A DNA stretch of 64,000 bases from Eledone cirrhosa. Taxonomy: Eukaryota. The position numbers and the translations under genes were made by a program. Shown one piece after another: positions 13,384 through 26,666 of the stretch (positions are counted from its first letter, which is position 1; each line of letters starts with the position of its first letter). Location of the stretch: positions 242,172,001 to 242,236,000 of the forward strand of contig OZ024743.1 in assembly GCA_964016885.1 (NCBI GenBank), written 5' to 3'. Under the pieces are notes generated by a model. It was not told the origin of the DNA. It made no database searches and saw nothing but the letters and a program-made list of their open reading frames with translations.

Positions 13384-16300
13384 GTTCTTTGAGTCTCAGT
13401 CATTGATGTTATTTAACTGGAAAGTTTGTTCAAATGAATATCAAGCCACTACCTGCAGCCTCAGATATTCAGGACGTATCGGATGGTTCTTGCTGTTCCT
13501 AGCAAGCATGCCTTTTGAAGTGTTCCAAAAAGCGGGTCTGGACTAACTTTCTTTAACCATCCTTGGACACCTTTGAGATAGTACCTAGTGCGCCTATGAC
13601 AATCGGGACGACCTTGATTTCATGGCAGTTCCAAATCCTTTTTACCTCCCATTTTAAGTCCTGGTATCGGTTAATTTTCTCCCTCTCCTTCTCTTGCACT
13701 CTCGTGTCGAATGGGCAGGCTACATCCACAATCAGGCACGATCTTTTTTCCTTGTCCAAAACCACCAGGTCAGGTCTATTGTGTTCCAGTTTCTTGTCTG
13801 TCTGTATCCTAAAATCCCATAGTACCTTCACCTGATCGTTTTCTATCACCGACTCTGGCTTATGCTCATACCACTTCTCAGAATGTGGTAAATTGTTTAC
13901 TTTGCATAGGTGCCAGTGGATCGCCCTGCCCATCACATCATGTCTCCAGCCTTTATAGTGAGTCTGGGCTAGGTGTTTACACTCGGATACAATGTGAGCC
14001 ACAGTCTCCTCTCTCTCTCCACAGATCCTGTACAGTTGTCTAGCCTCCTCCTTGTAAATATGGTGTTTCAGCCACTTCGTTTTGACGGCCTGCTCTTGCT
14101 CAGCCATTAGCATTCCTTCTGTAGCCTTTTTAAGGTCTCCTCTTCTCAACCAGATCCATGTCTGTGGATCTCTGAATTCCGTTTTCTCAAAGAAGGTACT
14201 ATGAAGGGATTTTTCATGAAGGTTGCTCTTTCTCCTTGTTTTTATTTCCTCCTTGGACATACCCTGGTCTATTGTCCTCTCCTTCAGTACAATTCTGAGC
14301 ATTGGCTCCTTACTATCGGTCACGTATTTGTGTAGGTTGTTTTTCTCCATCTGAACACAGTCCTCTATGCTGATAAGACCTCTTCCACCTTCAGATCTCC
14401 TTAGGTAGAGTCTATCGACATCACTCCTCTTGTGGAAGATGTTGTAGATAGTCAATAGCTTCCTAGTCTTCCTATCCATTTCTTTTTGTTCGGAAACATT
14501 CCATCTCAGAATTCCCGCACTGTACCTAATAATAGACACAGCAGGGAATTTACTGCACTTATGGCATTCCTACTGTTCAGATGTGACTTTAATACGCTCC
14601 TTACTCTCCGAAAGTATTCAGATCTTATCAATTCCTTCATTTTTTTTTTCTTGATGTCATCAGCCTCCAGAATACCCAAATACTTGTATCCTTCTTCAGT
14701 GTCAATTTCCTTTATCATCTCACCTTTTGGTACCTGGATTCCGTTGCTTCTGCTCAATTTACCCCTCTTCATCACAAGGTCTCCACATTTACTAATACCA
14801 AATTGCATACATATATCATTGCTGAAAATACGGACAGTGTCAACAAACACATCTAACTCCTTCTCACTTTTCCCGAAGAGCTTAAGATCGTCCATGAAGT
14901 GGAGGTGATTGATGGTAAGCTCTCCCTTTCCCAACTTGTATCCTGCTCTCACCTTTCGCAGTATAATCGTCAGGGGCATCCGGGCAAAGACAAACCACAG
15001 AGGGGACAAACTATCTCCCTGGAAGATACCTCTCTTGATCTTCACGCCTCCCAAGGATTCTCCAGCTGATGTTAACTCTGTTTTCCAGGACTTCATACTT
15101 TTGCTCAACAACTGTCTGATGTTATCTGCCACCTTGAAGATCTCTAGGCTTTTGGTGATCCAAGAATGAGGCACCATGTCAAATGCCTTTTTGTAGTCTA
15201 TCCATCCCATGGCAAGACCAGTGTGTCTCCTCTTGCAATTCCACATTACCATCTTATCAATAAGTAACTGGTCCTTTGTACCACAGGACTTCTTTCGGCA
15301 TCATTTCTGTTCGTCCGGTAACAAGTTGTTTGTGTGGAGGTGATGGTAGATTTCCTCAGACACAATGCTTGTCAACAGTTTCCACATTATGGACAGACAT
15401 GTTATAGATCTATAGTTGGTAACATCATTACCCTTGATTCGGTCTTTCATTACCAGAACTGTGGTAACTTTTGTCAACCACTCTGGTACCTCACCTGACA
15501 TCAAGCAGTCATTGAACATTGTTGTCAGTTTCGAGGTGGAGGAATGTTACATTTTTAATCCAATACCCCTGCACACGATCTGGGCCTGGTGATTTCCAGT
15601 TGTTTATTTTTTTGTCCTGCCCCTTAAGAGTTTCAACTGTGATACTCAAATCAGTTTGTTGGTGTGCCTGTTCATTAACCTCCTTTTGTACTGTCTCAAT
15701 CCACACTGCCTGGTCATTATGTTTAACATCCTGCTCCCATATTCCTCTCCAGAATGTCTTAGTTTGTTCCGCCTCAGTGATCAAGTCGTTGCCTCTTTCT
15801 TTCCCTTCAAGCTGTACAAACAGCATCTTCTGGTTGTTGTCAAACATGCGGTTCTGTCTATATTGACTGACTCTGCTCTCGTATCGCCTAATTTTTGCAC
15901 TCTTTGCTACAATGCGTTACGTCAGTTCCTCTATGATTATATTTAGCTTTTTCCTCCTAGTTTTGTACTTTATTTCCCATTCAGTAGGGACTCAAGCTTT
16001 CCAATGTCATTTCTCATTTCCCTGATTTGACCATTCAGTCGTTTCTTCCACCAAGGTTCTGATCTTTCTTTTTTGTTGTTTCCTCTCGCTTTTATGCCAA
16101 GTAATTTCCTCACCGCATTTGCTGTTGCTTTGAGGATATTGTTGCACTGGTGAAGGCTCCTCGCCTCAAGGTATGGGATGACTTTGTTTACCTTAGCTGT
16201 TGTTTCTTTTAACTTTTTCCTGTCTACAAATTTTAGGTTCATAGGTTTCCCACTATCATTGTTCATTCCATCTACCACTAAGTTTAGGATATCAACCAAA

Positions 16301-16515
16301 TCTTGTCCTAGCCCGTCAGCATTCAACTCCTCAATGACCGTATCTTTGTTCCAGGTATTATTTATTTCAGCATTCAGATCATTGTCTGCTTCGGATGCTT
16401 CCTCCGTTCTCTCAACATCTTCACCTTCATTTCCCACTGGCTCGTTTGCCTGGCATACTCCACTCTCCATTTCCAACCTAATTTCTCTGCTCAGTTCCTC
16501 CAGTTCCGTAATGTG
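13384..16515 (-). mobile_element. Dong/R4-type RLE non-LTR retrotransposon, family B, frameshifted
   Basis: [54 protein letters not shown] remnant (RICG..EETVAHIVSEC), RHD, NRPDLV, IVDVACP, KY.DL, IVIGALG. Stop at about 13461; (TAA)n tail on the sense strand. Confidence 0.92.
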
Positions 16516-16672
16516 ATGCGTTGTCGCCTGCTGATGGTAAAAACTGTAATCTTATATTTCATTTGTAATAAGAATTATTCTATCACAGTTGTTTTAAATA
16601 AGTAAAAATCAAAAACTTACGGGAGCGATTCCATAACGATATATATCCACCATGTGCGTGTTCTTCTTCTTC

Positions 16673-16729
<57 letters not shown>

Positions 16730-16740
16730 GGGTCATTCTT

Positions 16741-17071
16741 GGGTGAGAGAGGCAAGAATGGCCCGAGTGAATGGACCAACTCTGAGTATATGCCTGTAAA
16801 TTGAAGGTAGAAAACTGGTAGAGAGCACTTGCCCTGGTGGTCAGGGTCACCGTGGCTTTTTAATGGGCTTCCTCAACGATGGCCCTCAGAAGTCCCCCCC
16901 CCCCCTATTGGGGAATTTTTCATTGTTCTTTTTTGTCAGATCCTCTGTTTTTTTTGTTTTTTTTTACTCGCAGAAATGTCCATTTGTACCGTCCTGTATT
17001 GTCCTGTACTGTCCTTAATGTTTACTTTGTGTAAACCCTTGTGGTTAATAAAGAAAGCATTATTATTATTA
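16741..17071 (+). mobile_element. Tx1/L1-like LINE 3' end fragment
   Basis: Homologous to the 3' ends at 17880-18250 and 27568-27880 (-); ends AATAAAGAAAGC(ATT)n; flanked by (TTA)n. Confidence 0.8.
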
Positions 17072-18250
17072 TCGTTGCGTGGAGGACTGGGCATGCCATG
17101 GCTGATGATGCACAAACATGCGCTGAGGCTGCGGCATCTCTGGTGCTTCCTTGACGGTGAACAGGTGTGGTCGCCGGTCGTCAGGCACGTTTTTCCACAG
17201 ATCGTCTCCTTTACGGAGCTGCAGTCCTGGATCAGGAAGAGACCGAGGGATAGCGCTTGGAAACTGGAATGTCTCCAGGCGCGCACTGCGTCTGCCAGCT
17301 GGACACCAGTATCGGTGGAACATCCACCTCGGCGTTCTATAAAGGACTAGTGGAGGGGAAGAACGACGACGTTCTCGGAGAGATCCTGGGCGTCGAAGAA
17401 TATCAGCTGTTTGCTCTCTTCCAGAGAACTTTCAGCCTGGGGCCTATGGATAACTTCCAAAAATCCCTGGCCCGGCAGTGCTACCGGGGAGCGTTTCCGG
17501 TTCGAGATAAGCTCTACAGGCACGGAAGTACCGTCAGCCGAGCCTGTCCGAGATGCGCGCAGAGCGACGAAGCCGTCGTGCACGCACTCGTTCAGTGCCC
17601 GAGCATTGCTGACTTGTGGAGCTATGTCGAACAGTTGCTGTCGCGTGTAGGACTTATCCGGTTATCGACTGAGTCCATTGTGCAGATGGTCTCGCCGTCT
17701 TCCTTCGAGGAGGAAGGCAGGCGGTTTTCATCTGCCTGGTGGCCATGGCGAAAGAGATTGTGTGGTGGACAAGGTTGAAAGAGTTAAAGACAGACACTTT
17801 CCTCTTAGGCGAATCCCTAATTAACTTGAAGAGGAAAATCAGGGTGGAGAGGCAAGTGCTGCCATCTAGCAAGTTTGTTGAAAGGTGGGTGAATGTAGCG
17901 AGAATGGTGCGAGTGAACGGTACCGCTCTGAATATACGCCTGTAGTTTGAGAAATGGAAAAATTGAGAGAGGGTGCTTGCCCTGGTGGTCAGGGTGGCCG
18001 TGGTCTTTTGTGTGGTTTTCGCCACGAGTAACCCTCGGAGGTTTGCCCCCTATTGAGAAATTTTTCATTGTTTCAATTTTCATTTTCATTGTTTATATAT
18101 ATATATGTTTCTATGTCTTTTTTTTCTTTTCTTATATAAATAATAAAAATCTTTACAAAACCCACATCGAACTGTCCTGTACCGTCCTGTGCCGTCTGTA
18201 ATGTTTTTCTTGATGTCAGCCCTTGTGGCCAATAAAGTAATCATTGTTAT
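17072..18250 (+). mobile_element. Tx1/L1-like LINE, 5'-truncated
   Basis: GGLGMP, C-terminal zinc knuckle CPRC.QSDEAVVHALVQC, W..R motifs; 3' UTR with AATAAA and (TTA)n tail. Confidence 0.85.
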
Positions 18251-18283
18251 TATTATTATTATTTACTATTATTATTACTATTA

Positions 18284-18432
18284 TTACGTCCCTTTACAGT
18301 CTGAGTGCAAATCCCGCCGAGGTTGACTTTGCCTTTCATCCTTCCGGGGTCGATAAAATAAAGTACTAGTAATGTACTGGGTAATTGCTGGCCTTGTGCC
18401 TAAAGTAGAAACAATTATTACTATTATTATTA
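18284..18432 (+). mobile_element. SINE, 5'-truncated
   Basis: B-box-like GAGTGCAAATCC, core GCCTTTCATCCTTCCGGGGTCGATAAAATAAAGTAC, tail GAAACAATTATT. Confidence 0.85.
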
Positions 18433-19062
18433 TGTACCATTCTGCTCCACATATTGTAAAATCGTGAAGTAGTTTTAAGCTGATAGTTCTATAAATAAGT
18501 TTAAAACCCGAGTAACTCCACGCCATACTCCATTGTCTGACTTTAATCCCTCTGTATAACTAACCCACTCTGATTATATAACATCAATAAAATACGCTTT
18601 TGATTATTCTTACGATATGTATTTGTTTTAATTTTAAAAGATTTTAATTTTTCTTCTCAATAAAGTAGCCAAAAATCATATTGCTTTTCATTTGGGGTTT
18701 TTATTTTATATTCTTTTAAACATTTTTGTTTGAAATAAGCAGTCAACAATTTACGATTCCAAGATTCTTCGATTAATAATAAATGAGTATGCGTTCATCC
18801 TGCTTAGTTGAAAAATAACTAATTACATATATAACTTAAACATCACGTGTGTGCGTATGTCATTCTGTGCGTGTATATATATGTGTGGATGTGGAGTGTG
18901 TGTGTGTGGGGGGGCGGGGGCGTGAATTTTGTATATCTAATGCGGTGTGTTTACGAATAATCATTTTAGCTATTAATTTGGGAAGCTGATAGCTAATGAC
19001 ATCTAGAGGATTCCAGCAAAAGCAGTGAAAGCTAACTTTACTGCATCTCTGAGCTTGGGCAC

Positions 19063-19095
<33 letters not shown>

Positions 19096-19631
19096 CAAAC
19101 ATTTTTTTATCCACACGCCACCCACACCCACAACACGCTTAAACCACACACAGGTGCTTCCCACCACATATTTACACCCTCAGCCCCCTGATTCCTCTCC
19201 CCCCACCCCCTATCCACACACGCACAGACCCTCCGACACACAAAAACAACCCCGACACACACCTTCCTGAACATGCAACCCCGTTCTTCCCCCAACCCTC
19301 AATTTCACATACACACACACACACACGCACACCTAACCACACACACCACCTTCAGCCCTCCCCGCTCGGACACCCCGTCTCCCTCTCCCCACTCCACCCG
19401 CCTCCACCTCTACTCACCCCACACCCTTCCACCACCTGTTTACCCCCCTTTTAATTTCAGTTTATTTTGATCATGCCTTTATTTTTAAATGTTCTCATTC
19501 CTTGTATTTTGATCATGCTTTATTTTTATTTATTATTTATTATATTTTTGTCTTTATTTGTTAATTTTTCATTCGCACCGTTTCCTTTCGCTATATGTCT
19601 CTCCACCACTCCCCTACACACCTTTTGAACT

Positions 19632-19672
19632 CTTACCTGAAGAAGGGCTTATGCCCGAAACGTCGTCCTCCA
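19632..19672 (+). ncRNA. Hammerhead-like motif in PLE2 5' pLTR
   Basis: CTGAAGA-A-GGGC-TTAT-GCCC-GAAAC-GTC-GTC; stem I is poor. Confidence 0.65.
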
Positions 19673-20218
19673 CCTACCCCCCACTCTCCTGAGCGTGAAT
19701 CTAATAAACATTTGTCGTACTGCCTCTCTGTTCTGTCCCTGTTCAATTTTTTATTATACAAAACACACGCTCACACGGCCTCCATCCTTGGAACAACTTA
19801 ACAACCGGCTCAACCCCGATCTAATCCGCCGTCACCTTTCTCCGAACTTTACACACCTTCCCACACTTTGTCTTTCCTTCCACGCATTACCTCTGTTTGA
19901 TTTTGTTACCGTACCCCTTTTTTTTCCGTATATGATTCTTTGCCTGCGTTCCTACAATTGTATTCCATGATTTTTTGTTCACGATCGCCTGTGTCATTAC
20001 CTTTATGATATTTCTATGAATTTTTGTTCACGATCGCCTGTGTTATTACCTTTATGATTTTTTGTCTTTAATTTTCCGGTGTTTACTTCCCCCCCCCCTC
20101 CCTACGTTTTTCTGGTTCCTTTTCCCATCCCCGTCTCTGCCTATCCTTCGCACTCACCTCTTCGTTCACTCCACCCCGCCCTCTTCCCCCCCCCCCCTGC
20201 TTTCACCCAACGCCCATC

Positions 20219-23006
20219 ATGGCCAACCTGAGATCCTTTCTCCACCAACTCCACAATCGCCTCAAACTTTTCCTCACCCCCCTCCTTCCACCCTGCTATC
20301 TCCCCTCCGCCCTTCAACTCTCCTACCTTCTCTTCGCCAAAACCCGGCACTCCAGCCACATCCATTTCCTCAGCCACTGCCTCCGCCTCCACCTTATCCC
20401 CCTTGGCTTCCGTCTACACTTCCACCCCTCCCCCGCTGCCTCCCCCTCCGCGCAACGTATCCTCACCCGATCCTCACGCCTTCTGATGCGCAACTCCATC
20501 CGCGCCTCCCGTTCCACCCTCCGCCTACTTGACCACCAACTGACCCCCACCCTCCTCCGCCTTTACTCCACCTGCCACCCCCTCCTCGCCCAAGCCATCC
20601 TCTCCTTCATCCACAACCTCAACCACAACCTCTTCTCGTTCCTCAGCTCCACCAAAGCCCGCAAGCTACACTTCCCCCCCCCCATCCACCACCACCCGCC
20701 CATCCCCATACGCCCACCACTCCCCACCTCTCCCCCGACCGCCACCCCCACCCAATCTCCACCCCTCACCACACCCTCCCTTCCCTCCCCTAACACCCAA
20801 ACCCCACCCCTTGTTGTCACCATACCCCCTGACCTCCCCCTGTCCGCACCTGAGCGCTCACTCCTTAGTAGAGGCCTTCGCTTCATACCCCACACACCGC
20901 TCAGCGACGAGTTCCGCACCCGAACGGAAGTCGAGCGATTCGTGCGACGCACTAAGCTACAGGCACATTTCGGTCAAACGCCACCGGCTCCGGACGCCCC
21001 AGACCCGTTTCTCGCCCTGGGCCGACGTCCATCTTCTTGGACGCCGGCCCCAGGGCAATTTAGCACCCTGGACGCCTTCGTCGATGCCAGCCGTAGCGCA
21101 GTAAATCGTTTCGACTTCCGCCACCGTTCCAAACGGCACAACATCTCACGGGGCGAACTCCTCGTTCTCCGCTCCCTCCGTAGCCGAGATGACATCGTCA
21201 TCAAACCGGCGGACAAGGGAGGCGCCGTGGTGGTATGGCGCGCGGACCTTTACAAGGCCGAAGCCCTCAGGCAGCTCTGTAACCCCCTCTTTTACCGCCC
21301 TCTACCCTCCGATCCCACCCCCCTCTACCAACAACAAGTCTCCTCCACCATCAAAGACCTTATCGCCTCCTCCCTCCCCCCCCACCGCTTCCCACCTCAT
21401 CGTCCGCACCCCCCGCACCCCCACCATCTACTTCCTCCCCAAACTCCACAAACCCGACAACCCCGGCCGTCCCATCGTCTCCGCTTGCAACTGCCCCACC
21501 GAACTCATCTCCGCCTTTCTCGACTCCCTCCTCGCCCCCCTTGTCACCCCCCTCCCACATCTCTGACACCAACCACGCCCTGCGCCTTTCCGACTCCTTC
21601 ACCTACCTACCCGGCCCTCAGCCATTCCTCTTCACCCTAGACATCAAGTCCCTCTATACCGTCATCCCCCACGCCGACGGCCTTCGCGCCCTCAAGCACT
21701 ACCTCGACCTTCGCCCCTCCCCCATTCCCTCCACCCCCACCCTCCTTCGCCTCGCCGAGCTGGTCCTCACCCTAAATTGTTTCTCCTTCTCGGGTGAGTT
21801 TTACCAACAGGTCACGGGGGTAGCCATGGGCACAAGAATGGGCCCGAACTATGCCAACCTTTTTGTTGGCCATGTTGAGGCCCAAATCTTTGCCCAGTAC
21901 ACCGGCCCCACGCCCGAACTGTACGGTCGTTACATTGACGACTGTATCGGAGCCACGACCCTCACCCGAGTACAGCTCGACTCCTTTCTCTCCTTCTTCT
22001 GCTCCTTCCACCCCTCCCTCCACTTCACCACCTCCATCTCCACCACCCACGTCCACTTCTTGGACATCTCCGTCGCCGTCGACCCCTCCCACCACTCCCT
22101 CGTCACCTCCGCCTTCTTCAAACCCACCGACTCCCACTCTTACCTCGACTTCACCTCTTCCCACCCCACCCACACTAAACTCTCCATTCCCTACTCCCAA
22201 CTTCTCAGGATCCGCCGCCTCTGCAGCCGAGATGCTGACTTCGAGTCCCAAGCCCCTTCCCTAGTCAGCCATTTCATCCGCAGAGGTTACCCCCCCTCTC
22301 TCGTCCACACCGCTCTCACCCGCGCCCGTGCTATCCCCCGCTCTACCACCCTCACCCCACGCCACCGCACACCCACCCACCGTCTCCCCTTCCCCATCAC
22401 CTACCACCCCTCCACCTTACCCCTCCACCGCACCATCCGCCGCCTCTTCCGACACCTCCAGTCCGACCCCTCCACCTCCCACATCTTCCCAACCCCACCA
22501 CTCCCCTCCTTCAAACGCGCACGCAATCTCTGCACCCTCCTCGTCCACAGCTCCCTACCCCCCAACCCACGCTCCGTTTCCCCCCCCCCGGTTCCTTCCC
22601 CTGTTCTAGGCCCCGCTGCAACACCTGTCCCCACATCACCAACACCACCACCTTCCAGGGTCCCAACGGCCACCCTCTCTCGGTCCGGCATGCCTTCCGC
22701 TGCACCTCCTCCAACCTAGTCTACGGACTTCGTTGCACGAGGTGCAGCGCGACTTATGTCGGACAGACGGGACGCCGCCTGGCGGACCGAGTCACGGAGC
22801 ACCTCCGGGACATTCGTCTCGGGGGCAGTTCCCCCATCGCCCGCCACTTTGGTGGCCCTGGACACTCCGCACACCATCTCACAATCTGTGGCCTACTCCA
22901 GTGCCACGGAACACCCGCCCATCGCCTCACGGTTGAACAACGTACTATCTTCCTCTTACAGACCCACACTCCCCCCGGCCTGAACTCCCCACCCTTATTC
23001 CTTTAG
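20219..23006 (+). CDS. PLE RT / GIY-YIG polyprotein with three frameshifts in C-runs
   Basis: LLSRGLRF, IKPADKGGAVVVW, YFLPKLHK..PGRPIVS, LDIKSLYT, GVAMGTRMGPNYANLF, RYIDD, FLDI, KPTD..YL...S.HP, CSRPRCNTC, NLVYGLRC..C...YVGQT.R.L..R..EH, PPGLN; stop TAG at 23004-23006. Confidence 0.85.
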
Positions 23007-23482
23007 CGTTCGACCGCCCCCCTCCCCCACTTATCCCCCACTAACACCACTAACACACCCCTCCTTTTCACCGCCCACCCCACACTAACAATACTAACAC
23101 CTCCACTCCACCCCTCATCTAACCACCCTTCCCCAACTAACATACTAACATCCCTTCCCTCCCCTCTTCTCCTCCTCCCCCCTCCTTATCACACGCACAC
23201 ACTTACACCACCCACCCCACACGCAACTAACATCACTAACACCCTCCAACCCCACGCACACGTACCCACACACCCTCGTACACCACCAACTCTACACACC
23301 CTACCCCCACTAACCTCCACTCACACCTGCATTCCACCCCTCCCCACCTCCCGTCTACTAACACCCACTAACACCTCCTCACCAAACTACACACACACCA
23401 GTACACCACACTCCCTCCATAGAACCACACACACCCTTCTCTCCCCACTCCACACTCACTCATCCCACTAACACCCCTACTA

Positions 23483-23544
<62 letters not shown>

Positions 23545-24370
23545 CCTCACTCCAACTCTCACACCTACCCATCCTCGCCTCCCTACCATTCCGCTGACTG
23601 CTGCTATGCCCTTCCGACCACTGTCTCAGCACCGCTGACCACAGCACTTCCACTGCTGACCACTTCCTGTTGCGCGCGCACCCCACATCTCTCCTCTTCC
23701 GACCACCGCTTCTTGGATTACCCACACGCGTTTTGACTTCCAACCAAAATCTCCATACATCCGTGTAACTTACCACTTTCAACCATCCTCTAACACCATC
23801 ACCTATATAACTCACCCACACACACATCCCAAAACAAATTTTTTTATCCACACGCCACCCACACCCACAACACGCTTAAACCACACACACGTGCTTCCCA
23901 CCACATATTTACACCCTCAGCCCCCTGATTCCTCTCCCCCCACCCCCTATCCACACACGCACAGACCCTCCGACACACAAAAACACCCCCCACACACACC
24001 TTCCTGAACATGCAACCCCGTTCTTCCCCCAACCCTCAATTTCACATACACACACACACACACACGCACACCTAACCACACACACCACCTTCAGCCCTCC
24101 CCGCTCGGACACCCCGTCTCCCTCTCCCCACTCCACCCGCCTCCACCTCTACTCACCCCACACCCTTCCACCACCTGTTTACCCCCCTTTTAATTTCAGT
24201 TTATTTTGATCATGCCTTTATTTTTAAATGTTCTCATTCCTTGTATTTTGATCATGCTTTATTTTTATTTATTATTTATTATATTTTTGTCTTTATTTGT
24301 TAATTTTTCATTCGCACCGTTTCCTTTCGCTATATGTCTCTCCACCACTCCCCTACACACCTTTTGAACT

Positions 24371-24411
24371 CTTACCTGAAGAAGGGCTTATGCCCGAAAC
24401 GTCGTCCTCCA
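24371..24411 (+). ncRNA. Hammerhead-like motif in PLE2 3' pLTR
   Basis: Identical to 19637-19667. Confidence 0.65.
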
Positions 24412-24577
24412 CCTACCCCCCACTCTCCTGAGCGTGAATCTAATAAACATTTGTCGTACTGCCTCTCTGTTCTGTCCCTGTTCAATTTTTTATTATATAT
24501 ATATATATATATATATTGGAAAAGTAAATAACGAAAAGTATTAGGTATTAGGTTCATACATATATATATATATATAT

Positions 24578-24985
24578 ATTATAAAGCTGACAGCCGTATG
24601 TATGTAACAAACTTTTCGCCAAACGGCAGGACCAAAAAGCACCAACTTTGCACCATAGATGTAACTATTTCCAAGTAGGAAAGTGAGAGTATTTTTGTCT
24701 TCTAAATTTTGTTAAAAGATTAAAGATATTTCATCGTTTATTTAAATATTCACTTCTTTAACATTTTCAAATGTCAACACTTCCGGTTATACGACATTCC
24801 TCGCTCTTTCTTAGTCTGTCTTTTTAGATAGATACATAGCTATAACGTCGCGCCCTTATAAAATGTCTCTGTGTGTCTGGCTATCTACATTAGATACATA
24901 GCTATAACGTCGCACGCTTATAATAGCTGCCTGTCTGTCTGGTGGCCTAGATGCCAACTTTTAATTAATTCAGTGCAAAGATACC
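24578..24985 (+). mobile_element. Non-autonomous Helitron-like fragment
   Basis: 24811-24890 matches the reverse complement of about 35905-35995 inside the Helitron-like element; internal imperfect tandem duplication TAGATACATAGCTATAACGTCGC. Confidence 0.5.
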
Positions 24986-24986
24986 G

Positions 24987-25043
<57 letters not shown>

Positions 25044-25050
<7 letters not shown>

Positions 25051-26650
25051 TGGAATTTGGACTGGATAAATGCGCCAAAGCAACGTTCACCAGAGGAAAG
25101 CTGCTGAAGAGTTCAGACATTAATCTTGATCGGGGGAACGTGATAAGAGAGCTTGATCAAGAAAAAACTTACAAATATCTAGGTGTTTGTGAAGGAGACG
25201 GAATCAAGCACTCGACAATGAGGGAAAGGATAAGGAAGGAATGTTACCGCAGAGTCAGAGCAATCTTAAGAACGGAATTGAATGCAAGGAATAGGATCGA
25301 TGCCATAAACACGCTTGCCATACCAGTAGTAAACTACAGTTACAATGTCATCAACTGGTCAAGCACAGAGATCCGTAGGCTCGATACAAAAATCCGAAAA
25401 TTCTTAACCATGCACAGAATGCATCACCCTAAGGCAGACATAGATAGAATATATCTCCCTAGGAAAGAAGGAGGACGTGGGTTAATCCAGTTAGACATTG
25501 CGTTGAAAACTGCAACAATTGGATTATCCACATATCTAAGGGAATCACATGATTGGATGATCAAACTCGTTTTGAAACACGAAAGCACCAAAAGATCATA
25601 TTCCATTACAAAAATGCACAAAGATACAGTAATGGACTACAAATTTCAGAAGTCCCATTTACTGCTGAAATGGAAAACACAGAAAAAGCAAAGCTGGTAA
25701 AAGTAACTGCAAAGAAAGAACTGCTACAGAAACTGGCTAAGAAATGGCAAGAAAAGCCTCTGTATGGAAAATACCCAGAGCGAGCTAACAATCCTGATGT
25801 TGACAAAACTTTAACCCATCAGTGGTTGGCATCCTCTGGACTGAAATCGGAGACTGAAGGACTGATTATATCCGCACAAGATCAGTGTCTGCCAACAAAA
25901 AATTACCAAGCCAACATAATAAAAAATGGGTGCAGCCCATTATGCCGTGTATGCAAAAAACAACCAGAGACCATTGACCATATAATTTCAATGTGCAGTC
26001 CTATAGCTCCAACCGAATACCTAAATAGGCATGACAGAGCTGCACAATACATACATTGGATAATGTGTAAGCATTTTGACCTGCCCCATCAAAAGAATTG
26101 GTGGGAGCATCAACCACCTCCCATACTTGAAAAAGATCACATCTCAATCTTGTGGAACTTTAGCATCCAAACAGACCGAAAAATAGATGCAAATAGACCT
26201 GATATAATATTGAAGGACTTTCAAAGGAGGGTATGCCTGCTAATTGATATGTCTGTTCCAATAGACAAGAATGTATCTATAAAAACATTTGAAAAATTGA
26301 GCAAGTATAAGGACCTGGAGATAGAAATTGGAAAAATGTGGAAATTGAGAACTAAAACAATACCAGTGGTTGTAGGCGCTCTGGGAATGATACCTAAGGG
26401 GTCTAACGACTACTTATCGCAAATCCCAGGAAACCCGCGTATAGGAGAAATACAAAAGATAGTACTAATGGGAACTGCCCATATACTAAGGAAGATCCTG
26501 TCAATATAAGTACATCACAAGTCTAAACACTAAGGATGCATGTGTGAATATGTGTGTTCTTTCTTGAACATGGCGGACCTTGTTGTCTCTTGAGGTCACT
26601 GGTTGTGACTTGGTGATAACTCGTATAAACATAAAGCAAGATAAATGCAA
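25044..26650 (+). mobile_element. Dong/R4 family A, 5'-truncated copy
   Basis: Near identical to about 32706-34296; one 1-nt deletion at about 25615; flanked by (TAA)n. Confidence 0.93.
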
Positions 26651-26666
26651 ATAATAATAATAATAA

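Larger units (their letters stand above)
19094..24495 (+). mobile_element. Penelope-like element family 2 (C-rich, Neptune-type), full length, with about 655-bp direct pLTRs (19102-19757, 23839-24495)
   Basis: Near-identical terminal direct repeats; inserted in (TA)n; internal RT + GIY-YIG ORF. Confidence 0.93.
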
